DNA of 40,494 bases from positions 1-40,494 of the forward strand of contig CAZCJW010000002.1 in the NCBI GenBank assembly GCA_964499185.1, read 5' to 3'. The notes beneath the pieces are model-generated. The model searched no databases. It saw only the letters and a program-made list of their open reading frames with translations, and was not told the DNA's origin. The translations under genes were made by a program, and so were the position numbers. This document shows positions 35,141 through 40,494 of the stretch, one piece after another. The DNA comes from an uncultured Propionivibrio sp. GTDB taxonomy: Bacteria > Pseudomonadota > Gammaproteobacteria > Burkholderiales > Rhodocyclaceae. Within the stretch, counting starts at the first letter, position 1, and each line of letters begins with the position of its first letter.

Positions 35141-37306
35141 CTAAGTCCGAGCGGTTCTGCGCTCACGGCGACGATAGGCGACCACCGCCGGCACAATCAC
35201 CGACACCAGTCCCGCCGCAATCAGTACCAGCGGCCATAAGACGGGCGCATTCCACTCGTGCCGACGTCGGGCACGCTCGTCCACGTCAATACGCTGGTAC
35301 TTGAGGATGTTGTTGGCCACGTCGTTCGGCTTGCGGTTATGCAGCCAGGTGTGGCCGAGCGTGTAGCTCTTGGGGTGGAAGCCGAACACCCACGGCGCAT
35401 CTTCCTGCAGGATGCGGTTCATGCGCCGGACTATTTCCAGACGCTCCGGCGTGTTGTCCATGTCCTTCATTTCAGCGAACAAGCGGTCGTACTCCGGATT
35501 GATGTAGTTCGACTTGTTTTCGCCGCCTTTGGCAATCATGCCTTCACGGCCGGCGAGCAGGAAGAAGAAGTTCTCCGGATCAGGATAGTCGGCGTTCCAG
35601 CCAAGGTAATAGAGCTGTACGGCCCCCTTGCGCAATTTCTCCTGGAAACGATTGAAGTCGGTCGAGCGCACGACGAGTTGAATGTCGAGCTTGGCAAACT
35701 GGCGGTTCAGCCAGTCGAGCCGCGACTTGTCGCCCATGCCGCCGCTAGTGGTATCGAGGTTGAGCACCAGCGGCTCCCCGGTTTTCACGTCGCGTCCGTT
35801 CGGCCACCCCGCTTCAGCCATCAGTTTCCGGGCCACATCAATGGGCTTACGCTGAGCCCTGCCGTCCTTCCAAGCGTAGACCGTGCGATTGATACCCGGC
35901 TCGCCTTCCTGAAATCCAAAAATCCCGGGCGGCAGCGGACTCATGGCGGCAATGCCGCGCCCGTTCATGAAGATCGAGATGAACTCTTCCTGGTCGATGG
36001 CAATCGATAGCGCTTGGCGGAGCTTGCGCGCTCTTTCCTCGCCCACCCCTTCCTTGCCGCCGACAACGGGATCGAGCATGTTGAAACCCATGTAAAAGGT
36101 CGAGGTGCGCACGCTGGTCAGCAGGCGGATGCCTTTCGCCTGCATCTCATCAGAGAGCAGCACGTCGCCGCCGACGTTGAGGCGCACTGCCTGATCGAAG
36201 CTGTCCGACGAAATGCCGGAAGCATCGTAGTAGCCCTGCAGGAACTTGTTCCAGTACGGGATGCTTTCTTTCTCCCGCGAGAATACCGCCTTGTCGATCA
36301 TCGGCAGCGGCTTGCCGCAGTCGTCCAGCAGACCGGCCGTGCGATCACCGGTCTCACCCTCGCACGGATAGCTCTCTCCGTGAAAATTGGGATTACGTTC
36401 CAGCACCATGCGGCTGTTCGGATTGTTCTCGGTCAGCATGTACGGGCCAGTGCCGACCGGATACCAGTCGAGGGTCAGATTCTTTTCCGCCATGCCTGGC
36501 TGATGGTAGAAACGATCAACCTCGCGCGGCACTGGCGCAAAGAACGGCATCGCGAGCCAGTAGAGAAATTGCGGGTACTTGCCGCTCAGCTTGATGCGGT
36601 AAGTATAGCGATCGACGCGCGTCACGCCGTCGAGTGGATAACGGTCGAGATCGAGCCACTCGCCAGCGGGAAGCGACTTGGCCTCCTGCTGCAACCGTTC
36701 GCCAAGTTCCCTGAGCCCGACAATATGCGCGGCCATCATCCCGAAGATCGGGGAATGCAGGCGCGGATGCGCCAATCGCTTGATCTGGTAGATGTAATCG
36801 TCGGCGGTCAGTTCACGCGACCCCGTATGGGCAAAGTCAGCGATTCTGGCAATGCCCGAGAGCTTCGCAGCATCAAGATTGCCATAGACCGGTTGACCTT
36901 TTCCGTCCACGGCAAATGCCGGATGCGGCTGGTAACGGATACCGGCACGAATGCGAATCTCATAGACGCTGCTGGCGATCGCGGACGAAGGCGCATCGGC
37001 CGGCAATCGTTTCCCGGCACCATCCAGATAGGTCACCTCCGGTACCGCTTCCGTCGTACCGGGGACCAGCGCGTAGGGGCGCTTTAGGTAGTGGTACTGA
37101 AGCGGTGGCTCGTAGATCTGCGCAGTGAAGGTGGCTTCATCCTCGGTATAGGATTGCGCCGGGTCCAGGTGTTTGGGACGCTCGGTGAAGGCTGAATAGA
37201 GGATGTTATGGCCACGCTCGCTGGCCGGATAAGGGTCATTCTGCTCATTCCCGCAGGCGGCGAGCAAGAGTAACAACAACAGGATGGCTGAGCGGAAACC
37301 GGGCAT
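35141..37306 (-). CDS. Peptide ABC transporter substrate-binding lipoprotein (family 5)
   Basis: Lipobox LAAC; [29 protein letters not shown]; C-terminal hydrophobic helix. Confidence 0.93.
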   Translation of the reverse strand: MPGFRSAILLLLLLLAACGNEQNDPYPASERGHNILYSAFTERPKHLDPAQSYTEDEATFTAQIYEPPLQYHYLKRPYALVPGTTEAVPEVTYLDGAGKRLPADAPSSAIASSVYEIRIRAGIRYQPHPAFAVDGKGQPVYGNLDAAKLSGIARIADFAHTGSRELTADDYIYQIKRLAHPRLHSPIFGMMAAHIVGLRELGERLQQEAKSLPAGEWLDLDRYPLDGVTRVDRYTYRIKLSGKYPQFLYWLAMPFFAPVPREVDRFYHQPGMAEKNLTLDWYPVGTGPYMLTENNPNSRMVLERNPNFHGESYPCEGETGDRTAGLLDDCGKPLPMIDKAVFSREKESIPYWNKFLQGYYDASGISSDSFDQAVRLNVGGDVLLSDEMQAKGIRLLTSVRTSTFYMGFNMLDPVVGGKEGVGEERARKLRQALSIAIDQEEFISIFMNGRGIAAMSPLPPGIFGFQEGEPGINRTVYAWKDGRAQRKPIDVARKLMAEAGWPNGRDVKTGEPLVLNLDTTSGGMGDKSRLDWLNRQFAKLDIQLVVRSTDFNRFQEKLRKGAVQLYYLGWNADYPDPENFFFLLAGREGMIAKGGENKSNYINPEYDRLFAEMKDMDNTPERLEIVRRMNRILQEDAPWVFGFHPKSYTLGHTWLHNRKPNDVANNILKYQRIDVDERARRRHEWNAPVLWPLVLIAAGLVSVIVPAVVAYRRRERRTART

Positions 37307-37459
37307 GGGGCGAAGTGTAACGCAGGGTTATCGAAATTGACGATTGGCCCAAATGAAGAATCCACGCCCGAAAAAGGGGAAAATTCCCCTATAATGCGGT
37401 GTCCGGCCGTTCCCCGGCCAGCACTCCAATTCCATCATCATTCAGTCACGGGAGAATTC

Positions 37460-38260
37460 ATGGGATTCCTTGCCGACAAGCGCATCCTGATCACCGGTTT
37501 GTTGTCGAAGCACTCGATCGCCTACGGTATCGCCAAGGCTTGCCATCGCGAAGGGGCCAAGCTTGCCTTTACCTTTCAGAGCGAACGTTTTCAGGAACGC
37601 GTCAGCAAATTTGCCGCCGAATTCGACAGCACGCTGGTATTCCCCTGCGATGTCGCCGAAGATGATCAGATCGACAAGCTCTTTGCCGATCTGGCAACGC
37701 ACTGGGAGGGGCTCGATGGACTGGTCCACTCAATCGGTTACGCCCCACGGGAAGCGATCGAAGGCGACTTCCTGGAAGGAATTTCGCGCGAATCGTTTCG
37801 CATCGCCCACGACATTTCTTCCTACAGCTACCCGGCACTGGCCAAGGGTGCGCGGCCTTTGCTGCTAAAGGGCAACAATCCCGCCCTGCTGGCGCTGACC
37901 TATCTCGGTGCCGAGCGCACCATGCCGAACTACAACACCATGGGCCTGGCCAAAGCCAGCCTCGAAGCGGCCACACGCTACCTGGCCTTCTGCCTTGGTC
38001 CGCAGGGCATTCGCGCCAACGCCGTTTCGGCAGGTCCGATCAAGACGCTCGCCGCCTCGGGAATCGGCGATTTCGGCAAACTGCTCGCCTACAATTCACA
38101 TCACGCACCGCTACGCCGCAATGTGACCATCGAGGAAGTAGGCAATGCTGTTGCTTTCCTGCTCTCTGACCTGGCCAGCGGCATTACAGGCGAAATCATG
38201 TATGTCGATGGTGGCCTGAATACCACGGCCTTGGGAAATACCGACCCGCTGCCCCAGTAG
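37460..38260 (+). CDS. fabI: Enoyl-ACP reductase (NADH)
   Basis: [56 protein letters not shown]. Confidence 0.97.
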   Translation: MGFLADKRILITGLLSKHSIAYGIAKACHREGAKLAFTFQSERFQERVSKFAAEFDSTLVFPCDVAEDDQIDKLFADLATHWEGLDGLVHSIGYAPREAIEGDFLEGISRESFRIAHDISSYSYPALAKGARPLLLKGNNPALLALTYLGAERTMPNYNTMGLAKASLEAATRYLAFCLGPQGIRANAVSAGPIKTLAASGIGDFGKLLAYNSHHAPLRRNVTIEEVGNAVAFLLSDLASGITGEIMYVDGGLNTTALGNTDPLPQ

Positions 38261-38274
38261 TCGGTCACAACGAC

Positions 38275-38318
38275 CAAAAAATACGCCGGCTGAGTTTCCT
38301 CAGCCGGCGTATTTTTTG
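38275..38318. terminator. Bidirectional rho-independent terminator between fabI and ppiD
   Basis: caaaaaatacgccggctgag-tttc-ctcagccggcgtattttttg perfect stem with A/T tracts on both sides. Confidence 0.93.
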
Positions 38319-38339
38319 TTGAGAACCCGGGGGAAGGCG

Positions 38340-40247
38340 TTACTGGCGCTCTCTTGGTTCGAGGGCCGCCTTGTTGATGTCAATCTTGTAGCGCGAACGC
38401 AGGCTTGACAGGTAGGCCGACAGATCTTCCTGGGCTACAACCGACCCGTACTCGGCACGAAGAGCCTTGAGCTGTCCCTCATCAATCTTCTCCGGTTGGC
38501 TGACCTTGGTGATCTTGTACAGCGCGTAGACGTTGCCCAGGCTGACCCCCACGTAAGCCGGCAGTTTCTGAACATTGGCCTTAAAAATCGCGTGCAGGGC
38601 GGCGGGCGGAAGCTGAAGCTGCCGTGCCTGCATACGCGAAGCACTGCGCGGTGCCGACCACGCGATCTTGTCTTCACCCTTGTTCAATTCAGCCAGCCGG
38701 GCCTCTCCTGCGGCCTTGGCCTGCGCTTGCGCTTCCTGCGCCTTCAGGTATTTCTCGATGTCGCCTTTGACCGCCTCGAAGGGGCGTGTGGAGGCAGGAA
38801 CATGTTCCACGACACGCGCGGCAAGCAGGGTGTTCGGAGCGACCTCGACGGCTTCGGTGTTTCGCTTGTTCTTGACGGCATCTTCCGAGAAAAGCGCTGC
38901 CAGCACTTTTTCATTTCCCAGCGGACCGAGCGCTGCCAATGTTTGTGGATCGGAATTCTTCGGCAGCCAGCCGCTTTGCTGAACCTTCAATTTGAACTTG
39001 TCAACCACCGGTTGCAGACTGTCCGATTGCTCATACACCATGTTGTTGAAACTCTCCGCTGCCTCGGCGAACTTGCGGGCCGCCGCCTGCCGTTTGAGTT
39101 CTCCTTCGATCTCCGCACGCACTTCCTCCAGCGGACGCTGCTTTGCCGGCTTGATTCCGGTAACCTTGATGATGTGATAGCCGAAGTCGGATTCGACCAG
39201 ACCGGAGATTTCCCCTTCTTTCTGCCCAAATACGGCATCTTCGAACGGCTTGACCATCATGCCCCGGCCGAAGAAGCCGAGATCGCCGCCTTGTTGTGCC
39301 GATCCGGGATCCTGGGAATGCTGCTTGGCCAGTTCCGCAAACTTGGAAGGCGCTTTCTGGATTTCCTTCAGCACGCCCTCGGCCTTGGATTTGGCCTTTT
39401 CCTTGCTGACATCACCGTTGGTCAGGATCAGGATATGGCTGGCCCGCCGTTCCTCGGACTGTTGATAGCGGTCCTGATGCCCTTCGAACCAGGTTTTGAC
39501 ATCGGCATCGCTCACAGTCACTTGCGGCATCAGCGCGTCCAGAGACAAGACGACGTACGCGGCCTTGACTTGCTCCGGAACTTCGAAGCGGCTCTTGTTC
39601 TCGTCGTAAAACTTCTGAACCGCGACCGGCTCGATCTTCACCTTGTCAGCAAACTGCTCGGCCGCGATCCGGAACTCTCCGAACTGGCGTTCTTCTGATT
39701 GCAAACGCAGCAAGGCCTCGGCCTGTGTCGAGGACACAAACGCCGAGGAACCAATCGTCCCAATCAATTGCTGCAGCGTAAGATCCTGACGCACCCGCGC
39801 CTCGAACTGCTGTTGCGACATACCCTGCGAGCGCAGCACCGCCTCATAGCGCGACATGGAAAACTTGCCGTCCTCCTGCAGCGCGGGAACATTGCTGATG
39901 AAATCGCGCAACACGTCATCACCGGTCATCAGGCGATTTTTTCCGGCTTCCAGCAAAAGGAGGCGTTGATCGATCAGCGAATTCAGAATGCCCAGCCGAA
40001 CCTCAGGTGAATTCATCATTTCCGGCTTGAAAGAAGCACCCATGGATTGACGCATCTGGTCCTGACGCTCACGCAATGCCTGCTCGAATTGGGGGATACT
40101 GATCTTCGTATCACCCACGCTCGCCAGATCACTGCCGGCCCCGCTACTCCGGACGTAGGAATCCACACCCCAGAAGGCGAACGGCAGTGCAATCAAACCC
40201 AGGAAAATCTGAACAATTCGCTTGTTGTTGCGTACGGCGTCAAACAT
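38340..40247 (-). CDS. ppiD: Periplasmic folding chaperone / parvulin PPIase PpiD
   Basis: N-terminal TM (FAFWG), SurA_N region, [36 protein letters not shown]. Confidence 0.94.
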   Translation of the reverse strand: MFDAVRNNKRIVQIFLGLIALPFAFWGVDSYVRSSGAGSDLASVGDTKISIPQFEQALRERQDQMRQSMGASFKPEMMNSPEVRLGILNSLIDQRLLLLEAGKNRLMTGDDVLRDFISNVPALQEDGKFSMSRYEAVLRSQGMSQQQFEARVRQDLTLQQLIGTIGSSAFVSSTQAEALLRLQSEERQFGEFRIAAEQFADKVKIEPVAVQKFYDENKSRFEVPEQVKAAYVVLSLDALMPQVTVSDADVKTWFEGHQDRYQQSEERRASHILILTNGDVSKEKAKSKAEGVLKEIQKAPSKFAELAKQHSQDPGSAQQGGDLGFFGRGMMVKPFEDAVFGQKEGEISGLVESDFGYHIIKVTGIKPAKQRPLEEVRAEIEGELKRQAAARKFAEAAESFNNMVYEQSDSLQPVVDKFKLKVQQSGWLPKNSDPQTLAALGPLGNEKVLAALFSEDAVKNKRNTEAVEVAPNTLLAARVVEHVPASTRPFEAVKGDIEKYLKAQEAQAQAKAAGEARLAELNKGEDKIAWSAPRSASRMQARQLQLPPAALHAIFKANVQKLPAYVGVSLGNVYALYKITKVSQPEKIDEGQLKALRAEYGSVVAQEDLSAYLSSLRSRYKIDINKAALEPRERQ

Positions 40248-40287
40248 GATGAATGTCCGCTAGATCAAGTTAATTCGGTGCAATAAC

Positions 40288-40313
40288 AAAAAAGGCGAAC
40301 TTACGTTCGCCTT
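40288..40313 (-). terminator. Rho-independent terminator downstream of the tRNAs
   Basis: Minus strand AAGGCGAAC-GTAA-GTTCGCCTTTTTT. Confidence 0.85.
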
Positions 40314-40320
40314 CCGATAG

Positions 40321-40397
40321 TGGCGGAGTGGACGGGACTCGAACCCGCGACCCCCGGCGTGACAGGCCGGTATTCTAACCAACTGAACTACCACTCC
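40321..40397 (-). tRNA. tRNA-Asp(GTC)
   Basis: GGAGTGGTAGTTCAGTTGGTTAGAATACCGGCCTGTCACGCCGGGGGTCGCGGGTTCGAGTCCCGTCCACTCCGCCA; 77 nt cloverleaf, encoded CCA. Confidence 0.98.
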
Positions 40398-40440
40398 ATT
40401 CTTCACAGCACTTGATTATCCGCGTGTGTATCTGCTTTAT

Positions 40441-40494
40441 TGGTGGGTGCTGACGGGCTCGAACCGCCGACATCCAGCTTGTAAGGCTAGCGCT
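40441..40494 (-). tRNA. tRNA-Val(TAC), 5' end outside the window
   Basis: Anticodon arm CTAGC-CTTACAA-GCTGG, T-loop GGTTCGAG, ACCA end. Confidence 0.93.

Noticed and set aside
40248-40494. tRNA-associated integrated element
   Set aside because: tRNA-Asp is followed directly by its terminator and ppiD; no integrase or duplicated tRNA 3' end seen in the window.
1-40494. CRISPR array, prophage or full IS element
   Set aside because: No regularly spaced repeats, cas, phage or transposase genes recognised.

Overview
GC-rich betaproteobacterial chromosome segment (Rhodocyclaceae-like by protein style and gene order; inference). From left to right: (1) partial pqiA; (2) a NorR/sigma54 nitrosative-stress module, ytfE-hemerythrin-DUF3079 divergent from norR, with a clear -24/-12 promoter and three GT-N7-AC sites; (3) two tandem paralogous 62-aa ORFs; (4) a minus-strand run of adenine/adenosine deaminase, two different sirtuins and an EamA exporter; (5) a ~19 kb all-minus-strand signalling cluster (REC-HD-GYP, a receiver-domain remnant, CHASE-PAS-PAS-GGDEF-EAL, MCP, hemerythrin-tailed hybrid kinase with an orphan binding protein, and a coupled trio of GAF-sharing membrane sensors of which only the middle one has kinase output); (6) core genes mltD, an ABM-family gene, a peptide ABC operon, fabI, ppiD, tRNA-Asp and partial tRNA-Val. 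A 139-bp MITE-like element occurs three times plus one decayed piece, one copy directly behind the sigma54 promoter of ytfE. Best candidate for an undescribed system: the three-gene GAF sensor/kinase operon at 19388-27866. All calls come from reading motifs by eye; no database searches were run.
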